A stretch of DNA of 62,231 bases, counting the filler, from Sphacelaria rigidula (Eukaryota), in NCBI GenBank assembly GCA_964200075.2. It is 7 parts of 7 records of this genome, joined end to end, with 100 filler letters (N's around TTAATTAATTAA, not from the genome) between each part and the next. Parts side by side here need not be neighbours in the genome. Positions count along the whole stretch, not along the records: positions 8,907 to 17,711 come from CAXNAA020010050.1; positions 17,812 to 26,616 come from CAXNAA020010051.1; 5 more parts are not named here. One strand, given 5' to 3'. Under the pieces are notes generated by a model. That model worked only from the letters and a program-made list of their open reading frames with translations. It searched no databases and was not told the DNA's origin. Positions 10,985-23,725 of the stretch are shown here, piece after piece. Position 1 is the first letter of the stretch. Every line of letters starts with the position of its first letter. The position numbers were made by a program, and so were the translations under genes.

Positions 10985-11829
10985 GTGAGAGGAGGCTGTT
11001 TGTTGCTTTACCCGCCCCTCCGTGCCTCACCCCCTTCCAGTTAGTGGATCTGTAACCGTGCGTCTTGGATTTGAAGTTGTGTGGTATCCATCAACGCACC
11101 GCCCCCGGTTGTAGTGTAGCTGTAGGTACATGAGACGAAAGAAGAAAATGATGATGCAGCTCCTCGCCTGTTCAGATGTTGATGCAATATTTTTTTCGGG
11201 AACCCCATATTTGAGCGGAATTCTTGTGCACATATGGCAGTATGATTGAGGGCAGTCCGAATGTTGCTACTTTTTCGGATGAGTACCAAACCTGGCAGGG
11301 TTCAGGGTTACCTTGTATGTAAATCCCATGACTGCATGGATCTCTTCCTCCCCTCACGTACCGGACATACTAGATCGCCGCAAATGCTGCTGAAGATCCC
11401 ATCCACTCAGTCGGCCATCCCTCTCTTCCCTCTGGTGGTCCTGTACTGGTACCCTCGTACTCGTACTCAAAACCGTTGTGGGAATGAGAGGCTTGCGTTG
11501 ATTGAGACTGAGTTTTATTATTCGCTCTAACTCGACCAATTTGTCATTTTGTGTGTGCTTTCCTTTGCCTGTAACACTGTCGTGTGCTTACAGCTTCACG
11601 TCGATACCCTCCTCGGGTATATCAATGACTTCAGTGTTGAGCTCCTACTGGAAGCGTGTCAGACCTCGTTCAAGACCCGTAAGGGTATTTTGGAACTAAA
11701 TTTATTTCATTAATGAATTGATCACTTGTCACTCTCCATCATATCCTAGACCCTCAATATCATGAAAATATTGCTACTCGTTGTACAATCCTTTCCCATG
11801 CGTGTCATCATTCCCGTTTGTGTTAACAG

Positions 11830-12014
11830 GAAAACGCGGGGCGCGACAGCCGCTCCCGTAGTCGCTCCCGCTCCCGCCGTTCTCGCAGCGAGTCTCGCTC
11901 TCCTCCGCGCCGCCGCCGCTCTCGCGACCGCCGCTCACCATCGCCCGACGACAGGGACAGGGGGCGCCGCCGCGAGCGTGATTACAGCCGCAGCCGCTCG
12001 CCTGCCCGGCGCAG
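11830..12014 (+). CDS. SR splicing factor exon D (RS domain)
   Basis: taacag|ENAGRDSRSRSRSRSRRSRSESRSPPRRRRSRDRRSPSPDDRDRGRRRERDYSRSRSPARR|gtgaga. Confidence 0.92.
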
Positions 12015-12112
12015 GTGAGAGTTACAGGGAAGGGTTTCTGCCTTTGCCGTTACTGTCATCGATGGCGTCTGGATATTATGCTCATCAAGGTTACGCTTCG
12101 CTTACTAGTTTC

Positions 12113-12208
12113 CACACCCTGGACAATATATGATCAATGGATGCAATAGACGAGAAGTGTACTGCATAAAGTATAGGCCTATTGCAACCACATATTGTCC
12201 AAGGTGTG
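12113..12208. mobile_element. MITE, CACACCCTGGA family, perfect 8-bp TSD CTAGTTTC
   Basis: CACACCCTGGACAATAT...ATATTGTCCAAGGTGTG, flanked on both sides by CTAGTTTC. Confidence 0.88.
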
Positions 12209-12238
12209 CTAGTTTCACAGGTTGGCGTCGAAATGTTG

Positions 12239-12497
12239 CACATGTCGGACAACTCCTGAGCTACCTCAAAACACCTTCTTATTAGTGTACTCTAGATCAT
12301 GAGCTATTAGCAGCCATTTTGACCCCTTTTCCATATTTACTCCCTACGGCGCTGGACGCCTAGCACGCGGAGTAGCACGAAGGTTGCACTTTGGTTTCTC
12401 TGACCTCGCGGTCACGTATTTGCGGTTTGGGACAAATGGATCCTGGAGTCCCCTTTGATGATTTGAATCAGGTAGGTGATGAGCTGTCCGACCTGTG
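12239..12497. mobile_element. MITE, CACACGTCGGAC family
   Basis: CACATGTCGGACAACTC...GAGCTGTCCGACCTGTG; flanks AAATGTTG/AGATATTG (6/8); homologous to 36236-36842. Confidence 0.75.
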
Positions 12498-12769
12498 AGA
12501 TATTGCATTGCTATGGTGGGACTTTTTTTCTTTGTCAAAGTTGATTCTTCGGTGTCTGCTGTCGTATTCGACTTGTAGTTATTACACTTACGGAAGAGTG
12601 AAGCGTCCCGTGGAGACTACATGCGAAAAAGCTCAGGCTGGACCCTCGTGTTCGGATGGACACCGGCCATACACCCCTCCTCCCCTCGTCCCTCGCCCTC
12701 GCCCCTCCCACGACGACCGTTTTCATTGTTGTGTTGTGCTGATCTTGCATTTGTATTTCATTTCAACAG

Positions 12770-12797
12770 CCGCAGCAGGAGCAGGTACTCGCGCTAG
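12770..12797 (+). CDS. SR splicing factor last coding exon
   Basis: caacag|(S)RSRSRYSR-TAG; phase 2 matches exon D. Confidence 0.8.
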
Positions 12798-13130
12798 ATG
12801 GATTTCCCGGAGCGCGACTGGTGTCGAGCAACGGCCGCACTATGCGGTGGCGAGCTGAGTCTTCACTAGCACCACGGCAATGACATGGCATGGGTGCCAC
12901 CATCGCACCATCCACCACGTTCCGTTCCCATTTTTGGCTGCACATCATCGATTACTCCAACGCCAATATGGTCAAGATCTGCGGACAATATCCACCACCT
13001 GTACTACCTGTGCAAGGGATCTATGTGGGAGGTATTGGGGGCTCTGCGGTCGCGGTGGGGGGCCCGAGCAGTGAGTACCCTGCTTCTATCGGGAGGGGAG
13101 GGGGGGGGAATGGGGGGAAAGGGGGGGGTT

Positions 13131-13192
13131 GCGTGTATGCGTGTATGCGTGTATGCGTGTATGCGTGTATGCGTGTATGCGTGTATGCGTGT
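13131..13192 (+). repeat. (GCGTGTAT)n 8-bp microsatellite
   Basis: About 7 perfect units. Confidence 0.95.
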
Positions 13193-15975
13193 GTACATGT
13201 TGTGTCCCGGTTATTAGGATGGAGAAAAATCGTAGTTCATCTATCTTACAGCGGCGCGGGCAGCTCCTAGTGGTCCCGAATTGCGGTTGACATTGTTGCT
13301 TTTGTTGGTTAAATGTGGTAAGAGCGGCCATCCGCCTTTGCTGTCTTGGCTCGATTCGATCGCAGTAGTTGATTATTTTAATTTTCAACGTTGGGACCAA
13401 CAATGATCCAAGTTCGCAAAGTACAAATCGGGCTGTGAACTCACCAGTACATGCTCTCGAGTGCAAACACTCTGGACAGGTACTTGTATTATCGTTTTGA
13501 GTCTGTCCGGTAAGGTGGCGTACGTTTCATGAGCTGTGAACGTGTCATGCCTTTCCCTATGCTTATTTTCGTCTACGGTGTATGTAGTGTAATGCGTGGT
13601 GTAGTTTAGTCTGAAGGTTCCTTCAGGCTCCCGTCAAGCATCCAATTGTGTTACTTGCTGCCGTAGTGTTGTATGATGCCGTCCATATGACGTACGTCCT
13701 GAGTTCTTGCGCGCGAACACACTACATGCCAAACTGTTGAACGGGTCGCGTCGCCGTTACCTTACATAATACGAAGTATATCGGCGCGCGGTGATGTATG
13801 TACGCGTGAGGTAAAAGTATGCACGAAAAGAGGTGACACCGTCGTGTTTTATTCGCTCACTTGTCACTCACATATTTGTAACCTGAAAAGTAGGTACAGT
13901 GGGGAAATAGGCAAATTTGTTTTAGTGTACATCAAAACATGGGTTGGCACTGTTTTTTCATGCATCCTCATCACATGTAGTCTCTGAACAAAAAATGAGC
14001 AGTAGTAGCAGCAGCAGCAGCGGAAATATGATGACAGGCTTGTCGGGCCCAGCTTTTCCTCCTCTTGCCCCTGATATTCTTACTGCCACATAAGGATTCA
14101 GGTGTGCGGGCTCTCTCCTGGGTTGTGGCGGAGACCCTGCCGGCCTGGGTGCCGGTAGGCTCTCTCTTTTCCGAGAGAGAGAGAAATCTATCTGTACCGT
14201 ACATACACAGGTGTCGTCCGATGAGGGAGTGACTTGGACTGGGTTCGATCATGGAAACGAGTATCGTACTGGGTCTGTATTTCCGGTGGGCTGGAGTTCT
14301 GGCTGGGATGTTGGATGGTGGTCTGTCAATGCGGAGAAGGGAAGAGCGGCGGTGGTGGTGTTCGATGTTCTGTGGGCGCGTTCTATTGTTATTCGGGATC
14401 TGTGGTCTGGTCTGGTCTGGTCTCATATGATCTGGAGGCAGAAGAATCTGGATATCGCTGTGGGTGACAGGGCCGCGGGGTCTGCGATGAGGAAAAGGCG
14501 GTATGAATCAACGCATTGAAAGTCGATTGCAAGGTTTGAGATGCTGCTCAAAAACGTCGCTGCCATGATCGGGCGTTTACCCTCCTTTGACCCCTACAGT
14601 TTCACGTCTTGTTCTTCACGTTTTCCCTCTCCGTGTCTAGCCGTGCCATTTGTTGGAACGACTGGGCTGTCCCCCCTAGTACAGTCTCTTTTATACTTTC
14701 CTATACTGTCCTTCCTACATCGCGTCATTTTTTCGATGCCCCCCATGTAAGGAGGGAATGGTAATGCCTCTGCGCCGTACCTAGTCGCTGACAATATAGC
14801 AAATTTTGGCCCAGTTCAACGCTTGGCGAACTGCTGCACCTGAAAAGAAAGTCTGATCATTTTTTGGAGTTGCAGGTACCTTTTGTTTTGTATAATGTCT
14901 TGACCCTGTTCGCTCTCGTTCACCTGGCTCGCCCTCTTTTCTCAACTTGTAAGAACTACGCGATTAATTCCACGATCTACTGCTGACCCAGTGTTGCCGT
15001 TCCTACGGATTCGCCCCATCGAATAAACCCCAGTGCTTACTTACCTGCGACACGCGCAGACGTTGGACGAAACGAAAGGGCACATATGGTCACCAGGCCT
15101 GGTTGCGCGAACTTCGGTCGTGGGTCTGGAAAATCTGGGCGTGTGGGGTCCATGCCGCGCATGTAGGTGTGCGGTGTTCAGGCCGTCGTGCGGTAGATGT
15201 AGGCACATCAACCTGCTCTCGAGTGCTTACGTTCTAGAAGTAGATGCTCATGTGTTGTCTTGTTTCATTGCGCTGGCTTTGGTGGAATGCCCATCTGTTG
15301 CATCACCTGTCGAAATTTGGGACTTTCTGTCGTAACTTTGCCGTTCATGTGAACGGGCGTATGATTACTAAGCGAGGTGTGACGGAGGCACACACCATGA
15401 GAGCGAAACATAACCTTTGGAGTTGCTTACTGCTCGCGTGTCAATGTAGTCGAGGAACGTGTGCCCATGCTTGCTGCGTTGCTGATACGTCTGAAGCGCT
15501 GTCTGAGGGATGGGGTAAGAGATGTTGCACAAGTAAGTTCAGGGGATATGCATTGTAGTTTGCACATTGTTGACAGCGTGTCCCTCCGTTAGCTTGTATC
15601 CGTGGTGGCGGAAAGTCCACGTGCTAACATAGTTTCAAGGGCTGATGTGGCTGTAGCAAGTAATGTTGGATATTAAATAGATGGTGTTTTACTATCGCGA
15701 TTTGTATTTCCTTGAATGTGGCACAGTATGACACCATGATACAAGGAGGCCTGTGGCAGTAGGCACAACCAGTACGTGCATGTGTGCGTAGGTTGCTTGC
15801 ATTTAGCTATTGTTTGAGGGGCACCCGACAATACTATTCTCACTAACAATATTGTACCCAGACAACGCATTGCCCATAGGTACCTTAACTTATGAGACAG
15901 AGAAAGTACCGTCTCATTGACATGTGTCACCTCTTCATGAAGTGACGTGTCAAGAGCCTATATCAGCTCATGGTG

Positions 15976-16320
15976 CAAATCTCACGCCACTCGATGCATC
16001 TCTGCGCCGGCAAGGTGAGTTCATAAGCTCTCCTGTCTTCTGAGCAGTTGCCGTCTTCTGCGGCATGCGAAAGTCGATGCCGTGTCTTCAGACGACAGGG
16101 CAAACGATCCTGTTACGGTGACTTTTATACCGATATCATTTCACAGTTCAAATCTCGCGCCACTTGATCCACCTCTGTTGGCACAGTAACTGTGTACGCT
16201 CTCCCATGTTTTTTGAGAAGCTATCCTCCTGCGGGTGGAAGTCGATGCTGCGCTTTCAGACAACAGGTTATGCGTTGAAGCTGCCCCAGATCCTCAAGTA
16301 AACACGATCCTGTCATGATC
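15976..16320 (+). repeat. Degenerate direct duplication of ~170 bp
   Basis: CAAATCTC.CGCCACT.GAT.CA.CTCTG...AAGTCGATGC...TTCAGAC.ACAGG...ACGATCCTGT occurs twice (~15977, ~16149). Confidence 0.7.
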
Positions 16321-16689
16321 ATTTCAATTTCGCGAAGTGAGTTTGGTTTCTGCTCCGGGTGAAAATTCGACGAACCGGTTTTTGGGACTGGATTTTTGCG
16401 ACTCTTTTGCTACAGTAGTGGGCGGTCTAACTACTCCATTTGGGGCATGTTGCGATTTTTTCGTAGTTGGCGATTTTCTTTGGTATCATCCTCCAAATTG
16501 AAGTCTTGAGTGAGAACCCCGAGCGTGCAGCTGCTTGAGGCGACCACTGCGTCATACCACGGACGCTTCCCCACGTATCCAAGGGGGCAACATCCCCGTA
16601 CAGACAGTAGCAATGCTAGCGGATCCTACGTGCTGACAGTTTGGCAGCCGGCAAGGTGGTTATGGTAATGTCCTCCTAGCGATATCAAC
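16318..16689 (+). mobile_element. Dispersed repeat family X, copy 2
   Basis: Ends GTAGCAATGCTAGCGGATCCTACGT...GCCGGCAAGGTGGTTATGGTA.TGTCCT.CTAGCGATATCAAC, the reverse complement of 53485-53580. Confidence 0.8.
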
Positions 16690-16916
16690 CCACAGTGCAC
16701 TGAAGCAGAGTTCGCAGGTGGATATTTTGGCGATTGCCTCGCCTGCGGTTCGCCCGGGTATTGCGGTTTTTTTTCACGACCTCACTGAGTAACGTGACAT
16801 ACATCTACAAGTGGGAATTTACCTGTGACCCTCATTTATATGTGGAAATGTACCATACCATGGACAAAGATCTCTGCAGTCAGTATGAACACGATGTTGA
16901 AAGTGTACTGCGCACA

Positions 16917-16986
16917 GTGTGTGTCTTCTCGTCCCACGTATTCTGGACGCCGGTCTTGACCTGTCGGTACATGGGCGCACCAGCCG
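16917..16986 (-). mobile_element. 5'-truncated copy of the tRNA-derived SINE (3' end only)
   Basis: Reverse complement CGGCTGGTGCGCCCATGTACCG...AGACCGGCGTCCAGAATA...GACACACAC matches 21975-22050. Confidence 0.75.
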
Positions 16987-17711
16987 CGCCTGTGTTACCA
17001 TACAGCTTCACCCAAGGTATAGCTGTATGGCAATACAGTAACAACGGCCGACGCAGCCTTTCACTCCTGCGCGCGCCACCTGGGGCAAAAGCACGCTGTA
17101 GCTGCAACACGAACAGCTTTGCAGAATATGGCGTAGCCATATAGCGCGTAGCGAGGGGTGATATCCTGCGTACACCTTGGCTGCAGATACAAGCGGCTGC
17201 GTTCATGATGTGGCGAACTGCACAGGTCAACGCGAAATCAATGCCGGACAGGGATAGTCTAAGGATGTGACGTCCTGTGCTGTGCTTTGTCGCCCCCCCT
17301 GCCGCTGTGCAGTGAGCAGCATTGAGCCCTCCTCGACTCAGAACAAGGTCCACAAGACTGCTCCAAGGGCTTCCTCCATCACTAGGGCTTGGAGACTTCA
17401 AGACAGTTGTTAATCACAGACACACAGTCTTTTATATCTGAAGTGAACACATGCGTGAAGCATGTGATGCTCAAATCCACATCATCTGATACAAACGGAA
17501 TAATGTTGGCCATAGTGGTCGTCCACATGCGTGTCTCTACTGTACAAGTCGAGTACTAGAGCGAACAACAATAGTGTCATGGTACGATACTTACCACCTG
17601 GGTAGGAAGATGCCAGTTCAGTCGGCCCCGGGGCTAGCAGGCCCAAACACAGTCTTTAGTATCGAAGCCATTGAGTTCGACGTTACAGAGTGTAAAGTCA
17701 GCCACCGCACC

Positions 17712-17811
17712 NNNNNNNNNNNNNNNNNNNNNNNNNNNNNNNNNNNNNNNNNNNNTTAATTAATTAANNNNNNNNNNNNNNNNNNNNNNNNNNNNNNNNN
17801 NNNNNNNNNNN
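17712..17811. other. Artificial contig linker
   Basis: N44-TTAATTAATTAA-N44. Confidence 0.99.
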
Positions 17812-20800
17812 ACCAATGTACCGCGCAGATATCGGAACGGCTTTTAATGTGAAGACAACAACAACAACAACAACAACAAATGACGCAAACGATGAAGCGC
17901 CAGCTTGCCAAGCTCGATATTGAGGGTTCCATTCGTTTTTATCGTTATGCTGAAATAGTGGAGATTAAAATTCTGTTCCATGAACCATTCAGCGAACCAA
18001 TATTTAGCAAGTTACCTTGGCCGCAATGACGCAAAGAGGCGGAGACGCAGACTATGCCGCGAGATTTGCCCCCCAGGGCGAAACCCTGTTCCATGCTACT
18101 GTTTCATGCTACTTGAAGTGAGCCAGCGCCGACACTGACGTCCTCACATTATCAGATCGTTCTTGTGACAAAAGGTCGCACGCGCTCTCAGTTTCAGCAC
18201 AAATAACGACGGTTAAGGTTTAGGACGAACACCCACGAACGGGGTGGGGGTGGGGGGGGAAGTCGTCACAGTATCACCCCGCTGAACCACTTTTCAAAGA
18301 ACATACACATGGAGGTAGCGTAATTTTGTAGTCGTGATGAAGATATGTCAGCCGTCGTGTTCACCGGAAAGCGCGTCACGTTGTGGACACGCTCCTTCAA
18401 CTCGCACAGTAAACGGCTGAGCTGCGATCGCGACAGCAAAGGCATTCCAATGTAGTCTTATCATGCTGGATCCTCTTGCTTGGTCATGTCCTGTCCAGTT
18501 TTGAACAAATGCATCCCGCATTCAGCTCCGAAGTTTGTGTTTGGAAGGTCTTGGAGATGTACCCTCAAACCTGCAGTAGGTTATTTGCCGATGCTTCAAG
18601 TCAATGTCGAAACGTTTGGACTTGAGGCAGCAGCCGCACACGAAGACACGCTCGCAAATCATACAGGTGCAGACTTTGCTCACCAGCGTGGCGCTTTGAA
18701 GGTACCGGCGTTGACATTTGTCTCAACCCCGTTCATTTTTGGACGCATTTTGCGCCCGTGCACCTTTGGTTTGCGAATTTGTGCTGAACAGTGTTTCCAG
18801 ACAGCTCGCAACCTGCGTCCACAGCCTTGTTTATTTCCCGGTTTCGTTGATTTTGGTTTTGTTGATTTCGTACGGCCTCCTCACCTGAAGTCATGCATGA
18901 ACAGCGGGCATTCTCCTTCTCGTTTCCATGTCTTCAGCAGGACCAGTACTTTTTTAGATGCATCACGGGATCATGTCTATTCTCCTATCCTTCTCGTTCC
19001 TTCCTGTCATTTCCTCGTCTTCGTGTGTGCGTTTGTCTTCTGTTTGTCGTTGTTGAGTTTACTCCGTTCGGGTATGTCGAACGTCTGATCGTGAGACTTT
19101 CTCTCCGCGAAGTGTGGTGTCCAGATAGTGGAGGCGTAACCTGATTCAACCCTTTATTTTTCTGTACGGCTTGCTCACCCGGCCATGTAGCAGGAGTCTG
19201 ATCGTTCTTTTTCGGGATCCCAAGCTGCCGTCTGGTCTTTTCCTCCTCTTTCCGTCTTTCCTTCTTCCACTGTACTCTGAGGGGTTTGTCCTTCCTCACT
19301 TCGTTTTTTTTACTCACAAGTAAAATTGCGTCCCCGTTTTTACATGGTATACAAGTCTATCCTATTCCCCCGACTGTGTTCGTGGCTTCTTAATGTGTGA
19401 CAATTACATATGTGGGAAGTTTTATTACCAGTAGTAATTGGTTGTTGGGTACTGAGTATATCCACCACGCCCCCCCGCCTACTCCTCGAGTAGTGTGTTA
19501 TTGGGTTGTCCGCTGCTGATGTATTTGTCCTTTGTTCTCAATCTAAACGTATTGATGTAGATATTGTTTCTTGTGATGATCGCCCCGTCCCAGTGGTATA
19601 AGTGGTACCTCGTACTCCAGTCTAGGCGGAGGAGAGAAAGTACAAGGTCCGAATCCTGACAGCAATTGAATACTCATTTGACTGGTTTTTATCTTGGGCG
19701 CTCGGAGATGTGAGTGATGGGACAACGGGCGAGGCGAGGCCCTTGAGAGTGCTGATCTACTGCAGGACACAATCAATCTGGAAGATACGTACTGTATCGG
19801 GGAAGAGACCGGTCGACCCCCTGGGTCAAAGGATTCCTTCCGAGGAAGGAGGAGGAGAGGGTCGAGGGTCGGCAGTATACCGAGAAACAGCAGAACGTTA
19901 CTTTGACACATAAGAAAGTTTTGATGGACACATTTATAGTTTTGGCTGTTGAGTATAACGTGTACCTGCATTTTTTAGGAAGAAAACCAATTATTCAAGT
20001 GCAGCTTAGACGTTTCGGATGATGTTTTTACAACGAATGTGAACATTTGTATGTTTTCGTTTGATAACGAGACTTCTGATCGCGGCGTTTGATGTTTGTT
20101 GCTTGCTTGGCCCTTTGGTATCTGATTACTTTGTTCTTTCGAGATGGTACGAAGAGATAAGAGTAGTAGTGATCATGGCTGAAAGTTAGGGTTCGATGTG
20201 TTTCTTTTATTTTGGTGGGCGTGTTTATGGAAGCTTGGAAGCAATATATAGGAACAGGGGGTAATTCTATGACCGATCCATCTTCGACTTCTCAAGTCAT
20301 ATTGCTACGGCGCCCTGATGGTTCAAGTTATACGTGTACATCGTGAGGGTCAGGGCTGAAGGGGAAGGGTTGGAATCCAGGCTGTACTGTAATACATGCT
20401 TTCACTTTCCGAGGAGTTGTGATACCTTTCATTGAAAGCGTGCGCTTGTGAGTAGCGGAAAATTGCTGACGAAAGGTGACGCGGTGCGGGCGGTGCCGAG
20501 TGTTGATTCAATCCGCAATACGAATGTACCGGCCATGTAGAAGGAGAGATAGGTTGGGAATGATACAGACTTGTCTGGAGGAAGGGAGACGCGTGCGGGT
20601 ATAAAGGGTGGAACAGCACATCGTAGTGCACTGACGCTTCCTTGTAGTGTTTCCGTCTGTACACATTTTCGACATACCACATTCTTGGAGAAAATCGGGC
20701 GAAGCGTTTGCGGCCACTTATTTTTAAATCCAGAGGTTGGCACAACACAGGTACCCTGTCTCTACTCTACAGCACAGCACATTCACAGCGGCACACCACA

Positions 20801-21258
20801 CAATGAGGCGACATGACATGCACTAACGTGGCTTTAATCCGACAGCGACGACATCTTCCCCGATGATGCTGCTGTGCACTTGCTGTGCCTTAGGTGTACG
20901 GTTTACTGTTGCGGGGCAGACACATATCGCACCTTGTATATGTCGACTCGGTGTCTCCCAACTGGGACATCTCCCTGCTGCACGTCTGTGCCAAAAGCGA
21001 TATTGCGGCTGGTCATAGTAACAGTTCCTCATGAGCACCAGAGCATTTGTATTCACGATTGGTCGCCACCCGTGTCGCTCGTACATGTGGCTATACCGAG
21101 ATCCGCTTCTCCCCGCTTTTTGCGGATGGCATGTTCGGCAATTGATCGACACGTGGTCTGTTTCATAATCGCACTGAAGTGGCCATGGCACTGTTCATGG
21201 GTGACCGTACGTGATGTGGTCGTGGTCTGTCCTTGATATGATTCTCTCCTCTGGTCAG

Positions 21259-21330
21259 GCGATATCCCGCGGGAGTTGGCTCGCCTCGGTCGTCTTCGAA
21301 AGCTGAACCTGTGGTTCAACAAACTAACTG
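21259..21330 (+). CDS. Single 72-nt, phase 1-1 leucine-rich-repeat exon (24-aa LRR of the brown-algal ROCO/LRR type)
   Basis: ctctcctctggtcag|(G)DIPRELARLGRLRKLNLWFNKLT(G)|gtgagt, matching G.IP.EL..L..L..L.L..N.LT. Confidence 0.9.
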
Positions 21331-21692
21331 GTGAGTCAAAAGTCGAGTAAGTGCCGCGACGAAGGCCGTGTTGCTTTGCAGGTTTGTTTTTGTGTATGTG
21401 CCCGGTGTTGGAAGCAGGTTCTTCGACGACCGTCACGTGCTGGTTTGATATTTCACTGTCGCGTCGTCCCTCGTACGCACGATGCAAGCACCGACACAGC
21501 TGTACAAATATGAGATGGAGTACATGGTTCAGGTATCGTGCCGTAGGTGGTATGTGTGTTGAATCACACGGGTTACAGTGTACGGTGGCGAAGTGCAACG
21601 TCCTTTTGTCTCCAGCCAGCCTTCCTGCAGTACGTTGCGTTGGATGGTATTGCCCTACACTACTGTACAATATGTGTTGTAGTGTACGAGCC

Positions 21693-22055
21693 GGTTCCCC
21701 CCGTGGCTCAGTTGATAACTTCGAAACCATCTGATGGGTGGGCCATGGGTTCAAATCTCGGAGCGATTGGGGAATTGTTTCTCACACAATGCCCAACGGT
21801 GGAGAGCGACTATATCGTGGGTACACAATACTCGGCGTAATGGTCGACGAGGGAAAAGGACTGCTGAACCCCTCTCGCGATAATAAATACAAGGCAAGCA
21901 CCGCAGAAGGAAGTTGGAGCACTACACGAACAAAAACAAGAAACTCCTGTGTTGATCTTCCTCCTGTGTGACCCCGGCTGGTGCGCCCACATATACTGAA
22001 GGGTGTAGACCGGCGTCCAGAGTAGATGAGACGACAATACACACAACACACACAC
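21693..22055 (+). mobile_element. tRNA-derived SINE, full length (~360 bp)
   Basis: A box TGGCTCAGTTG (21704) and B box GGTTCAAATCT (21748) are 44 nt apart; CA-rich tail; further copies at 25160-25512 (-), 41538-41785 (+) and 16917-16986 (-). Confidence 0.85.
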
Positions 22056-22919
22056 TGTACCGCAGCCCCCGAAGTATGTTTACTTGCCTTGTGTGTTGTG
22101 AGTTTTGTTGGAGATCGTGCGTTTCAATGTAACATGCGAGCATGTGAAGAGCATGCAAGTGCACAAGCGAGTTGGTGCAGAGAAGACGCATCCCTGTGAT
22201 CCGCGGCCACTTTGGAAGAAGCTGGCCGTGTGTTGTAACGGATTTCAGGCCGTTGGTTTCAACATCTTGTTGATGGTGTTTTCATCCATTTCTCTTCAAT
22301 CTAGCCTGTTTTGATTATGGACATATTGTTATGGTGAGCTGTATGGCCATCCACCACTACTATGTAAGTGTTTTTGTTCACCAACCGAAGTATCATCCCC
22401 TTCTGCGGTGATGCTGTCCCTATAGCCTTCACGCGTCTGGTGGTCCGCAGCAAGCTGCAGGGGTAGATGATTCAGAGTACGGTGTTGTTTTTTTCATCTC
22501 CGTTTGTTTATATTCACTAGCGTCCAATCGTCCCGAAAATAAATTTGGAGTTCCTAACGGCGTTACTGACACGTACGTACGTCAAAAAGCAGTACAGCGT
22601 CCACTCTGAGGGATGAATGCTACATACATACTACAACGCACCGTTGTGTAAGACTCCAAGAATAATCGCTGCCAGGTAGAAATGAGTGCCAGGGTGGGAG
22701 TCAAGATGACATACCGTATCGCCCTGTCCGTCGTCTTGGGCCATATTTCTCCCCACGGTAATCTCTCGCCGCCAACGCTAATTCGTCATACCTCATCGTT
22801 TCCCCCTTTTATCACCGTTCCAAGGGTGGGTGTTTATCTCGTCATCTGTACATACCCGTAGCTCGCTAAGCGGTAAGTTTTTGACCCGACACGGTTTTGT
22901 TTTTCTTCGATTCACTACC

Positions 22920-23725
22920 CCCTTGTGTTGATTGGCAAAATCGTGGAAATCGGCGAATCAGCACTCATTTTACCCCACGTGCACTGCCGCTGTAGGTTCA
23001 TGATAATCGGCGAATGTGTCATCCAATCTAAAATGGCACTGTGAAAAAATATTCACTCCCTGCGTGTGCTCATCCGCGACTTATATCGTCTCCCGTTCGT
23101 GCTCATCGGCGAATCTGTAATGATTTTACTCGACCTCCGCTGCCACTGTACGTTCGCTAGGATGGGCGAATTTATAAATGTAATAAATTGGTACGTTGCG
23201 ACGCGACATAAACAGCCGATCGTGGTTATCGGCAAATTTGAACGTTTTCCTCGCGCCATTTGTTTTGTTCTTGTGCTCAACAAAAATTTGATAGGTTTTA
23301 CCTCTTTTATGGTGGAGATTTTGATACGTTGAATTGCACGGACGACCCGACGTCTACAGCCGCTTTGCAATCGCTCATCGGCTAATGTATCAAATTTTGC
23401 TCCCCGCTCGTGATCGTCGGCGAATTGGTAAATTATCCCTTTGTTTTGGTGCAGATTTCGATACATTGCATTTCTCGGTTGAGCCGACGTGTATAGCCGC
23501 TGTACAATCGTGCTCATGGGCATTTCTTTCAAATTTTACTCTCCGCTCCTGATCGTCGGCGAAGTGGTGAACTATCCCCATTTTTTGTGCAGATTGCGAT
23601 ACGTTGCATTTTTCGGACGAGCCGACGTGTACGTACTTGTCGGCTATTTTTTCGAATTTAACCCCCCGCTCGTCCTCGTCGGTGACCTGGTGATTTTTCC
23701 CTCCGATGGATGAACCGATATATCA
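22920..23725 (-). pseudogene. Decayed repeat-protein ORF: three ~138-bp units plus shorter FADEH-like units
   Basis: Units start at ~23317, 23454 and 23592. On the minus strand they read HQVTDEDERGVKFEK..., HHFADDQERRVKFER... and YQFADDHERGAKFDT..., joined by VGSxEKCNVSxSA, with frameshifts. Confidence 0.5.

Noticed and set aside
21693-21770. tRNA gene
   Set aside because: A/B boxes are present but there is no complete cloverleaf, and it continues into a multi-copy SINE body.
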